A DNA stretch of 62,097 nucleotides, filler included, from Nitrospirae bacterium CG2_30_53_67 (GTDB taxonomy: Bacteria; CG2-30-53-67): the NCBI GenBank assembly GCA_001873285.1. It is 3 parts of 3 records of this genome, joined end to end, with 100 filler letters (N's around TTAATTAATTAA, not from the genome) between each part and the next. Parts side by side here need not be neighbours in the genome. Positions count along the whole stretch, not along the records: positions 1 to 26,870 come from MNYV01000055.1; 2 more parts are not named here. One strand, 5' to 3'. Below the pieces are notes generated by a model, which was given only the letters and a program-made list of their open reading frames with translations, ran no database searches and was not told the DNA's origin. Both the position numbers and the translations under genes were made by a program. Shown here piece by piece: positions 9,825 through 18,364 of the stretch. Numbering within the stretch: position 1 is the stretch's first letter; each line of letters opens with the position of its first letter.

Positions 9825-11237
9825 TTATTTCGGAACCGGGTTCTTGTTTTTAGCTTTATAGGTGTAAAGGCTGCGGTCCGCTATGGTGACCAGGTCATCG
9901 GCTTTCAAGATCTGTTCGTTCGGATAGGTGGAGATGCCGTAGCTGACTTTTATTTTGGAATCGGGCAGAGATTCGAACTGGTAATCCATGATGGAACGGA
10001 CGACGCGATGCGCTTCCATTTCCGCGCCCTGACGGTCGGTCTGCGGCAGAAGGATGATAAACTCGTCCCCTCCATACCTGGCGACGATGTCGCTTTTGCG
10101 GATCTTTGATTTCAGGACCACGGCCAGTTCCTTGAGGATGCGGTCCCCGATCCTGTGCCCGAGGGTGTCATTGATCCCCTTGAAACTGTCCACGTCCATC
10201 ATAATGGCGGAAAGGGGGATGCTGTAGCGTTCTGCCCGATTAAATTCTTCGTCCAGGCGCCTGTAGAAATACCTGTGATTGAAGATGCCGGTCAGCCCGT
10301 CGGTGGTGGCCAGTTTTTCCAGATGGATGTTGGCGAGTTCCATGGACTCGAACAGGGAGGCATTGATCAAGGCGTTTGCCGCGGCGTTGGCAATGATCTG
10401 GCAGAACTGGATCTCCCGCTCTTCAAAGGGGCGGGTCCGGGCGGTCCTGAGGAGGATGGTCCCGATGACGTTCTGTTTCATGATGACCGGAAGGACGAGA
10501 AGGGAGTGAAAGAGGGTCTTCGATAGAAGCTTCCTCACAGAGGCCACCAGGGGGTCTTTGTCGATGTCGTTGACGAGGACAACTTCCTTGGTTTCGAGCA
10601 CCTTCATGATTTCCGGGTATTTCTCGATGTCAATGGGGATATTAAAGATATCCGGGTTCTCGTTGGAGGCGAGCACAAAGCCCCTGTGTCCATCGGCATC
10701 GATCTTGACGATGGAGCAGCGGTTCACATCAATGATTTCCGATATCTTTTTGACGATGGAGTAAAGGACGTCCCTGGAATCAAGCGTGGAGGTGATGGCA
10801 TTGCTGATGTCGAGGATGGCCATGAGATCCCGTTTTTCCCTTTCCAGTTGTTTGAGGAGGTTCCCGGCTCTCAAAAAAGTCTTGATTCTTGCCAGAAGTT
10901 CGCTTTTGTCATAGGGTTTGACGATGTAGTCATCCGCTCCGGACTTGAGCCCCCGGATAATGTCCTCCTTGCTCCCCATGGAGGTGGTCATGAGGATGGG
11001 AATCTTTTTATAATCCGGGTTGGATTTGATTGATTTGCAGACCTTGATTCCGTCCACTCTGGGCATCACGATATCCAGGAGTACGAGATCGGGGTTTTCG
11101 GTCTTGACCTGCTGCAGTCCGGAGGCGCCGTCCTCAGCTTCCAAGACCAGATACCCCTCTTGTTCGAGGATGGACCGGATGGATTTTCTGGCGGCTTTAT
11201 CGTCATCCACGACCAGAATTTTTGTTGAAGATTCCAT
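9825..11237 (-). CDS. Response regulator receiver - GAF - diguanylate cyclase
   Basis: REC (VVDDD, LLDIVMP, KPY), central GAF, RYGGDEF with RKSD inhibitory site. Confidence 0.92.
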   Translation of the reverse strand: MESSTKILVVDDDKAARKSIRSILEQEGYLVLEAEDGASGLQQVKTENPDLVLLDIVMPRVDGIKVCKSIKSNPDYKKIPILMTTSMGSKEDIIRGLKSGADDYIVKPYDKSELLARIKTFLRAGNLLKQLEREKRDLMAILDISNAITSTLDSRDVLYSIVKKISEIIDVNRCSIVKIDADGHRGFVLASNENPDIFNIPIDIEKYPEIMKVLETKEVVLVNDIDKDPLVASVRKLLSKTLFHSLLVLPVIMKQNVIGTILLRTARTRPFEEREIQFCQIIANAAANALINASLFESMELANIHLEKLATTDGLTGIFNHRYFYRRLDEEFNRAERYSIPLSAIMMDVDSFKGINDTLGHRIGDRILKELAVVLKSKIRKSDIVARYGGDEFIILLPQTDRQGAEMEAHRVVRSIMDYQFESLPDSKIKVSYGISTYPNEQILKADDLVTIADRSLYTYKAKNKNPVPK

Positions 11238-11358
11238 CTATGCTCCGGAATGGTTATAAAATTGAGAAAAATATATGATTTAACCGCTTTTATATAATAT
11301 AACAGAATTGTGCCCTCTTTTCAAGGTGAAAATCGACGTATTCCCACTTGAAAAGAAC

Positions 11359-11949
11359 CTATTCGAGGGTCCCTTTTGTGGACGGGACCATGGGATTCCG
11401 CTGATCCAGCGCGGTGGCCTGATCCAAGGCGCGGCCCAAGGCCTTGAACATGGCCTCCAGGATATGATGGAGGTTGTCACCATAGATCAGGCTGATATGG
11501 AACGTCGCCTTGATATGGTTGCTGAAGGCACGGAAGAATTCCTCAGCCAATTCCAGGTCGAAATCCCCCACTTTTTCCTTGGGGATCTCGGCATGGAAGA
11601 TCAGGCGCGGCCGTCCGGAGATATCCACAGAGACCTGGGCGAGCGCCTCATCCATGGGGATGGAGGCATGTCCATACCGGACAATCCCCCGTTTGTCCTC
11701 CAGGGATTTTTCAAAGGCCTTTCCCAGGCAGATCCCCACGTCTTCTACCGTGTGGTGGAAGTCCACAGCCGTATCCCCTTCGGCATGAATGGCCAGGTCA
11801 AAAAGACCATGCCGGGCAAAGAGTTCCAGCATATGGTTCAAAAACGGGACCGGGGTTTGGATCTCATAATCTCCTTTCCCATCGAGGTTGAGGCTTACCT
11901 TTATGCTGGTCTCCTTGGTTTTCCTTGCAATCTTTGCTTGTCTTGCCAT
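11359..11949 (-). CDS. hisB: Imidazoleglycerol-phosphate dehydratase
   Basis: [38 protein letters not shown]; start at MARQAK behind AAGGGGG. Confidence 0.97.
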   Translation of the reverse strand: MARQAKIARKTKETSIKVSLNLDGKGDYEIQTPVPFLNHMLELFARHGLFDLAIHAEGDTAVDFHHTVEDVGICLGKAFEKSLEDKRGIVRYGHASIPMDEALAQVSVDISGRPRLIFHAEIPKEKVGDFDLELAEEFFRAFSNHIKATFHISLIYGDNLHHILEAMFKALGRALDQATALDQRNPMVPSTKGTLE

Positions 11950-12051
11950 AAAGCCCCCCTTTGTTGGTTGATGTATTGTAAAAATTAACCAGCACACAGA
12001 GAAATTCTTGGATATTATTAATAATCTCGAAATAGTCTGGACATAGGACGG

Positions 12052-12106
12052 CCCCCTCACCCTCCCCTCTCCCCCGCTGACGGGGGAGAGGATAAAGGTG
12101 AGGGGG
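12052..12106. repeat. REP-like GC-rich double hairpin (CCCCTCACCCT...CTCTCCCCCG/CGGGGGAGAG...GGTGAGGGG)
   Basis: Nested inverted repeats in the hisC-hisB spacer. Confidence 0.7.
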
Positions 12107-12174
12107 TCCCGCTCGTCAAGATAATTATGAGAACGTTAATAAATGGAAATTCTTTTAGAGAACATAGCGTGTTT

Positions 12175-12192
12175 CTCTGCGCACTCTGTGGT
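12175..12192. repeat. Short CTCTG(T/C)G-N2-CTC(T/A)GTGGT motif; second copy at 16451-16468
   Basis: Two similar 18-bp intergenic motifs downstream of hisC and dapF. Confidence 0.4.
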
Positions 12193-12232
12193 TTCATTTT
12201 GTACCGTATACGAGACGAAAACATCCAGGCTG

Positions 12233-13291
12233 TCAAAAAAAACGGCCAAGGTGTTCCAGAAACTCCGTATTTTCCTCAGGCATTCCCACGGTCATCCGGA
12301 GACACCCTTGAAGCGGTCCCGATTGGTCCAGGTTCCGGACGAGGATGCCGGCCTTGAGCAGGTTCCGGTAGAGTTCGTAAGCGTCTTGCGTCCGGAAGAG
12401 GATGAAGTTTGCCTGTGAAGGATAGACCTTGATCTCTTGGATGCTGCACATGGATTGGAAGAGGCGCTCCCGTTCTTCAATGATCATCCGGATCTGTTTC
12501 TTAATCGTTTCGGGACGGCTGAGCAGGGCCGAGGCGGCGGCCTGAGAAAAAGTATTGATGTTGTATGGCAGCCGGACCTTCTCCAATTCACTGATCACCT
12601 CTTGGCTGCTGATGAGGATCCCGACACGAAGGGCCGCCATGCCGATCTTTGACAAGGTCCTTAAAATGACCAGGTTCGGAATGGTCTGAAGATATTTCAT
12701 GAAACCCGGATGATCGGAGAAGTCGATATAGGCCTCGTCCACCACCACGATCGCCTGCGTTTCCTTCAGGATTCTGAGCAGGGTCTCATCGGCAAACCTG
12801 TTTCCCGTGGGGTTGTTGGGTGAGGCCAGGAAGATGATCCTCGGGGAGCGCTCTTGGGCCGTTTTTAGAAACAATTCGGGATTGATCTGGAAATGGCCGT
12901 CGAGAGGGACGGGAATGGCCGTCTGGCCCTGAGCCTTGGCGATGATGCCGTACATGGAAAAAGTCGGAACGGGGAAAAGGATCCCGCTGTTTTGGCCGCT
13001 GAATGCCGTGATCAAATACCCGATCAGTTCGTCGGACCCGTTTCCGAGCATCAGGTTCCGGGGTTCCGTGTGCAGGTATTCGGAAATCCGTTTCTTTAAT
13101 GTCACGGCCCCGGAATCCGGATAGCGGTTGAAATGCATGCGCCGAAGTTCTTCTGAGATTTCCTGCAGGATCTCGAAAGGAGGGTCAAATGGGCTTTCAT
13201 TGGCGTCCATCTTGACTCGTGACGGGGTCTCAACAACGGAATAGGGTCTCAGTGTCCGGATCTCAGGCCGAAGCAGATCAAGTGGATTCAT
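12233..13291 (-). CDS. hisC: Histidinol-phosphate aminotransferase
   Basis: NESPF, GNGSDELI, SPNNPTG, VVDEAY, RTLSKIGMAALRVG. Confidence 0.95.
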   Translation of the reverse strand: MNPLDLLRPEIRTLRPYSVVETPSRVKMDANESPFDPPFEILQEISEELRRMHFNRYPDSGAVTLKKRISEYLHTEPRNLMLGNGSDELIGYLITAFSGQNSGILFPVPTFSMYGIIAKAQGQTAIPVPLDGHFQINPELFLKTAQERSPRIIFLASPNNPTGNRFADETLLRILKETQAIVVVDEAYIDFSDHPGFMKYLQTIPNLVILRTLSKIGMAALRVGILISSQEVISELEKVRLPYNINTFSQAAASALLSRPETIKKQIRMIIEERERLFQSMCSIQEIKVYPSQANFILFRTQDAYELYRNLLKAGILVRNLDQSGPLQGCLRMTVGMPEENTEFLEHLGRFF

Positions 13292-14601
13292 AGACCTCCG
13301 CCCTCGTTTTTCAGCCGCTTGTTTCGGAGACTGACGGCACGGGCATGTCCCTGAAGCCCTTCGAGTTCTGCAAGGCGGATGGTATCCTCGGCTACGAGCC
13401 GGAATCCTCTCCGGGTAAAAGAGATCAGGCTGGATCGCTTATAGAAGTCTCCCACAGAGAGCGGAGAGAAGAACCGGGATGTTCCGCCGGTTGGAAGGAC
13501 ATGGTTCGGTCCTGCCATGTAGTCGCCGATGGGTTCCGGAGAATAGGGGCCCAGGAAGATTGCCCCGGCATTCTCAATCCGTTCCAGGATTTCAGACGGG
13601 TTTTCAGTCATGATCTCGAGGTGCTCCGGGCCGACGGCATTCGCTACCTGTGCGCCTTCGACGAGGTCTTTTACAAGGATCAGGGTCCCGTAATTTTGAA
13701 GCGCCTTTCCCGCGATGTCCCGGCGGGGCAATGTGCCAAGCTGCTCTTTTATGGCCTTCTGAACGGACCGGATCAAGTCCCTGGAAGTGGTGACCAGGAC
13801 TGTCCAGGCCATCTCATCGTGTTCTGCCTGGGAAAGCATATCAGAGGCGATGAAATCGGGATCGGCCGTATGATCCGCGAGGACCAGGATTTCGCTCGGC
13901 CCTGCGATCATGTCAATGTCCACGATGCCGAAGACCATCTTTTTGGCCAGGGCGACATAGATGTTCCCCGGCCCCACGATCTTGTCCACCTTGGGGATGG
14001 TTTCCGTCCCATAGGCCAAGGCGGCGACGGCCTGCGCCCCTCCCACACGGAAGATCCGGTCTATGCCGGCGATCCGGGCCGCAGCGAGGACATAGGGGTT
14101 GGCCTCTCCGCCGGGTGTGGGGCTGACCATGACCAATTCCCTGACTCCGGCCACCCTGGCCGGGATGGCGTTCATCAGCACGGATGATGGATAAGATGCT
14201 TTACCGCCGGGGACATAGATCCCGACCCTTTGAAGCGGGCGGACAATCTGGCCGAGCGTCACGCCATCCTGGTCCGTGAATGTCCAGGTCTGATCTTTCT
14301 GTTTCTCGTGAAAGGCCAGGATCCGCGCGGCTGAGGCACGGAGTGAGGCCAAGGCCTGGGGGTCGACCCTCTCCTCGGATCGTTCGATCTCTTTCCGAGC
14401 GATCTCCACGTTGGTGCGGTCAAGGGTGACCCGGTCAAATTTACGGGTCAACTCGAACAGGGCGGGATCTCCCTCCGCGCGGATCCGGCCGAGTATCTTC
14501 TCAACGACTTTGACGGTCTTCTTGTCGACCTCGCCCGCCCGTTGCTTGAAGCCGAGGACCTCCTCTTCGAAACCGGATGCTTTAGAATCAAGAATTCTCA
14601 T
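13288..14601 (-). CDS. hisD: Histidinol dehydrogenase
   Basis: GIYVPGG, GGAQAVAALAYG, IDMIAGPSE, SQAEHD, GPNHVLPT. Confidence 0.97.
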   Translation of the reverse strand: MRILDSKASGFEEEVLGFKQRAGEVDKKTVKVVEKILGRIRAEGDPALFELTRKFDRVTLDRTNVEIARKEIERSEERVDPQALASLRASAARILAFHEKQKDQTWTFTDQDGVTLGQIVRPLQRVGIYVPGGKASYPSSVLMNAIPARVAGVRELVMVSPTPGGEANPYVLAAARIAGIDRIFRVGGAQAVAALAYGTETIPKVDKIVGPGNIYVALAKKMVFGIVDIDMIAGPSEILVLADHTADPDFIASDMLSQAEHDEMAWTVLVTTSRDLIRSVQKAIKEQLGTLPRRDIAGKALQNYGTLILVKDLVEGAQVANAVGPEHLEIMTENPSEILERIENAGAIFLGPYSPEPIGDYMAGPNHVLPTGGTSRFFSPLSVGDFYKRSSLISFTRRGFRLVAEDTIRLAELEGLQGHARAVSLRNKRLKNEGGGL

Positions 14602-14629
14602 GGCCTACACGGGTATCGTTAGAATTTAA

Positions 14630-14988
14630 GGTTCTTCTCCCATTTAGTGGGTAAAAAGGGTTACGCTTCGCGTTCCCCGCTTTTCTCTGTTTTTGCCGTC
14701 TGCGACGGCTACTACACTAATGTATCTTGGGGTCGAGGGTTGAAGAACCATAGGGTTATAGGAGTCAAGGGGTCAAGGATTCAAGTGAAATACTGATACC
14801 GGTAAACCGAGTACAAGAACGCAAGCAAAATCTCCAGAGAAAAACACTTGAACCCTTGAACCCTTGAACCCTTGAACCCTTGAACCCTAGGACCCTCGGC
14901 CCCTTATGTTTTTAGCACTTCACTTGACCCCTGGAATCCTTGACCCCTTCACCCCTGATGTTTTCACACACTCTTTTGGAGATGATCT
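14630..14988. mobile_element. MITE family A, longest copy, with 8-bp tandem repeats
   Basis: Imperfect terminal inverted repeats GGTTCTTCTCCCATTTAGTGGGTAAAAA / TTTTCACACACTCTTTTGGAGATGATCT; (CTTGAACC)x5 at 14847-14886; related copies at 17307-17347, 19917-20041, 44707-44963. Confidence 0.8.
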
Positions 14989-14992
14989 GAAT

Positions 14993-15901
14993 TTAAAAGG
15001 CTGCTGGGTCTTGTCTGCGGTCCGCAGGGATCAGCCCATACTCATTCATGACTGCACTCAGTCTGTTTCTGTTTACCTCTCCCATCCTGCAGAGGGGAAG
15101 GCGGAACTCATCCTCGCATTTCCCCATGAGATGGAGAGCGGTTTTGACCGGGATCGGATTGGTCTCGAAAAACATGGCTTCCATGAGCCTGAGCAGTTCA
15201 TAATGCAGAGACCGCGCCTGGTCCGGGTCCCCGTCAAAAAAGGCCCGGACCATCTCCGACATCTTTCCGGGCGCCACATTGGCAACCACGGAGATAACGC
15301 CTTGGCCCCCGATGTCCAGAGTGGGAAGGGCCGTGAAGTCGTCCCCGGAGAGGACCACGAAATCTTCACGGCACAACTCAATAATTTTGCTGATCTGACG
15401 GAGGTCGGCCGATGCTTCCTTGATCCCCGTGATTTCACGGATACCCGACAGGCGGGCCACGGTTTCGGGAAGGATGTTCAGAGCGGTCCTGCCGGGCACA
15501 TTGTAGAGAATCAGGGGGAAGGAGGTCTCTTGGGCTACTTTTTTGTAATGTTGGTAGATCCCCTCCTGCGTGGGTTTATTGTAATAGGGAGAGATCAGCA
15601 GGGCCCCGTCCGCCCCGGCCTTTTTTGCCGCCCTCGTCAGTTCGATGGTCTCAGCCGTGGAATTGGACCCTGTCCCCGCCAGTACCGGGATCCTGCGGTT
15701 CACGGCCTGTACGGTGATCCGCACGACCTCCTTGTGTTCCTCATGCGTCAGTGTGGCCGATTCACCGGTGGTGCCGCAGGGGACGATCCCGTCGACCTTC
15801 TCTTCAATGCAAAAATGGATCAGCGCCCTGAGGGCCTCTTCATCTATCTTGCCGTCTTTTTTAAAGGGCGTAATGATGGCAGGCAGCGTACCTTGAAACA
15901 T
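14993..15901 (-). CDS. dapA: 4-hydroxy-tetrahydrodipicolinate synthase
   Basis: AIITPF, CGTTGESATL, PYYNKP, LYNVPGRT, GIKEAS, ETNPIPVK. Confidence 0.97.
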   Translation of the reverse strand: MFQGTLPAIITPFKKDGKIDEEALRALIHFCIEEKVDGIVPCGTTGESATLTHEEHKEVVRITVQAVNRRIPVLAGTGSNSTAETIELTRAAKKAGADGALLISPYYNKPTQEGIYQHYKKVAQETSFPLILYNVPGRTALNILPETVARLSGIREITGIKEASADLRQISKIIELCREDFVVLSGDDFTALPTLDIGGQGVISVVANVAPGKMSEMVRAFFDGDPDQARSLHYELLRLMEAMFFETNPIPVKTALHLMGKCEDEFRLPLCRMGEVNRNRLSAVMNEYGLIPADRRQDPAAF

Positions 15902-15910
15902 ATCTTCTCC

Positions 15911-16348
15911 TTATTGTTTTTTCTTAAGCGTGATCAGAATCCCCCCTGTGCCCCATGCCAGAATATTGTAGAGGGACCCCGCGATCAGGCCCAGAAATGA
16001 TCCGATGAACCCGTAAAAAACGGCGCAGGCGAGGATGACGGCGATCCAGGGCCCACTCCCTAAAAAGTGTCTTCCATTCATATGGAACGGGAGATCCGGC
16101 ATGCCCATGCCGGACAGGCCGAAACTTGCAAACAGAATCCCGAAGACCATGCCGATGACCGCATGGATCATGAAGAAAAGCTTGACCATGGAACAGACCC
16201 CGATCCTGCTGACTTCAAAGACCGTATCGCGGCCCTGTTCTGAAGGGGGCGGCGCGGCAGGCCGCCCGGCCCCGCAGTATGTGCAGAATCGAGCCCCTTC
16301 AAACATCTCCTTCCCGCAGGAAGCACAGAATTCGGCTGGATGCAGCAT
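15911..16348 (-). CDS. Zinc-ribbon-containing membrane protein
   Basis: FCASCG...ARFCTYCG zinc ribbon, then two TM helices and a LYNILAWGTGGI tail (DUF3566-like). Confidence 0.75.
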   Translation of the reverse strand: MLHPAEFCASCGKEMFEGARFCTYCGAGRPAAPPPSEQGRDTVFEVSRIGVCSMVKLFFMIHAVIGMVFGILFASFGLSGMGMPDLPFHMNGRHFLGSGPWIAVILACAVFYGFIGSFLGLIAGSLYNILAWGTGGILITLKKKQ

Positions 16349-16482
16349 GGTCCCTCCCCTTGTATCGGCTCGTCATAAAACATAAAATAAGTTATCTTGA
16401 ATCATTGGTCAACTCTGGGTTAATAAATGGTTGACCTTGACATTTATTTTCTCTGTGTTCTCAGTGGTGAATGGTTCTCTTC

Positions 16483-17304
16483 TCAAATCTCGATCTCTCC
16501 GGAGAAGACTTCTTGGGCCGGGCCCGTGAGGGTCACACGGTCTTTCTCATCCCATAGGACCTTGAGGTCTCCTCCCTTCAAATGGACAAGAACGCTGCGT
16601 CCGGTCCAGTGGTTGAGCGCCGATGCGACAGCGGAAGCACAGGCCCCCGTCCCGCAGGAAAGGGTCTCTCCCACGCCCCTTTCCCAGACCCGCATCTTGA
16701 TTTCATGGTCATTCAGGATCTGGATAAACTCAACGTTGGTCCTTCTCGGGAAAAAGGGGTGCGACTCGATCTGCGGCCCGATCTTTTCCACAGTGAAAGC
16801 GTCTACATCCTGGACCTTGATCACACAATGCGGATTGCCCATGGAAACACAGGTTATGAGCAAATCATTGCTGTCCAGCCGGATCGGTTTGGAGATGATG
16901 GTCCCCTCCATCTTGACGGGGATCTCAGGACCGGAGAGAACCGGGACACCCATGTCAACGGAGATCTCCTTCTCCCCTATGGCAGGCGTCATGATCCCCG
17001 CGAGGGTCTCCACGCGGATCACGTTCTTGGACGTATACCCATGATCTTTGAGATATTTTGCAAAACACCGAATTCCGTTCCCGCACATCTCCACTTCTGA
17101 GCCGTCGGCGTTTAAGATCTGCATCCGGAAATCCGCTTTTTCGGAAGACCGTAACACCAGGATCTGGTCCGCACCGATCCCGAATTTCCGGTCACACAGG
17201 AAACGGGCATAGGGATCCAGGGGACCGATCCTTTCTTGAAGACCGTCCACCAGGATAAAGTCATTTCCCGTCCCTTGCATCTTGGTAAAATGAAGGGTCG
17301 TCAT
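16483..17304 (-). CDS. dapF: Diaminopimelate epimerase
   Basis: FTKMQGTGNDF, NADGSEVEMCGNG, SMGNPH, ERGVGETLSCGTG. Confidence 0.97.
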   Translation of the reverse strand: MTTLHFTKMQGTGNDFILVDGLQERIGPLDPYARFLCDRKFGIGADQILVLRSSEKADFRMQILNADGSEVEMCGNGIRCFAKYLKDHGYTSKNVIRVETLAGIMTPAIGEKEISVDMGVPVLSGPEIPVKMEGTIISKPIRLDSNDLLITCVSMGNPHCVIKVQDVDAFTVEKIGPQIESHPFFPRRTNVEFIQILNDHEIKMRVWERGVGETLSCGTGACASAVASALNHWTGRSVLVHLKGGDLKVLWDEKDRVTLTGPAQEVFSGEIEI

Positions 17305-17306
17305 CT

Positions 17307-17347
17307 TTGACCCCTTATGGTTTCACCCACGCTTTTGGAGATGATCT
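17307..17347. repeat. Solo end of MITE family A directly upstream of the dapF start codon
   Basis: TTGACCCCTTATGGTTTCACCCACGCTTTTGGAGATGATCT resembles the right end of 14630-14988 and 44707-44963. Confidence 0.7.
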
Positions 17348-17379
17348 AAATTGAAAATTTATCACATCATGATGCGGAA

Positions 17380-18195
17380 TCAAAGAAGAAATTGAGCAAG
17401 TTTTGCAAACTCGTGAATGGAGAGGGATTCCGCTCGGAGGGTTGGAGAGATGCCGGCGGCCTTGAAGGCCGAATCCAGCTTGTCTGCGGAGACCCTTCCG
17501 GAACCAAGAAGCGAGTTCCGCAAGGTTTTTCTGCGGTGGGAGAAAGCGGCCTGAACCACCCTGAAAAAACCTTCTGGGTTTGATATATTGACGCAGGGCT
17601 GTTTTAAAACCTGGAGACGGACCAGCGCAGAGTCTACGGCGGGGGGGGGATAGAACGCCGTCCTCGGGACATGGGCCACGATTTCCGCCTGTGTGTGGAA
17701 CTGGGTCATGATGCTGAGAGATCCATATTTCTTTGATCCGGGTTCAGCGGTGATCCGTTCGGCAAGTTCCTTCTGGAGCATGATCAGGATCAAAGAGAAT
17801 TTTCTGACGGATTTCATGAGGTGTTTAAGAATCGGCGTGGAAATATAATAAGGCAGGTTTGCGATAACCTTTATATCCTGGCCCGGAAGATCATCGGTGT
17901 TGAATTTCAGGATGTCCTGCCATAAGATTCGGACGTTTTTGCGGTTCCTGAAACGGTTTCCAAGATACTCATAAAGGATTTTATCCACCTCAAGAGAAAT
18001 GAGGCAGCCGGCTGATTCTGAAAGGCGTTCGGTCAGACTTCCCAGTCCGGCTCCGATTTCAAGGACCGTATCGCCAGGCTGGATGTCCGCATGGAAAAGG
18101 ATCTCATCCAAGACCATTTCGTCATGTAGAAAATTCTGACCCAGCCGTTTTTTTCTTTTAAATTCAAGCTGTTTTAAGATGTTTTTGATATTCAT
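17380..18195 (-). CDS. rsmA: 16S rRNA adenine dimethyltransferase
   Basis: KKRLGQNFL, LEIGAGLG, IANLPYYIST, MLQKE, AFSHRRKTLRN. Confidence 0.96.
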   Translation of the reverse strand: MNIKNILKQLEFKRKKRLGQNFLHDEMVLDEILFHADIQPGDTVLEIGAGLGSLTERLSESAGCLISLEVDKILYEYLGNRFRNRKNVRILWQDILKFNTDDLPGQDIKVIANLPYYISTPILKHLMKSVRKFSLILIMLQKELAERITAEPGSKKYGSLSIMTQFHTQAEIVAHVPRTAFYPPPAVDSALVRLQVLKQPCVNISNPEGFFRVVQAAFSHRRKTLRNSLLGSGRVSADKLDSAFKAAGISPTLRAESLSIHEFAKLAQFLL

Positions 18196-18364
18196 CAGTT
18201 CAGGACCCGATGGTGTTGCGCCAAGATATCACCTTGCCGAACAGCCGTCCAGTCAAATTTTCATAAATGGCGGCTTAGAATTATATTGACAATTATTAGA
18301 GCATTTGTTTAAATAAAATTATCATTATTGCAGAACAAACGCTTCATTTTTTAAGTCAATTCCG

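Noticed and set aside
14847..14902. Tandem 8-bp repeats and the 16-bp repeats at 27204 as a CRISPR array
   Set aside because: Units are too short, have no unique spacers, and no cas genes are present.
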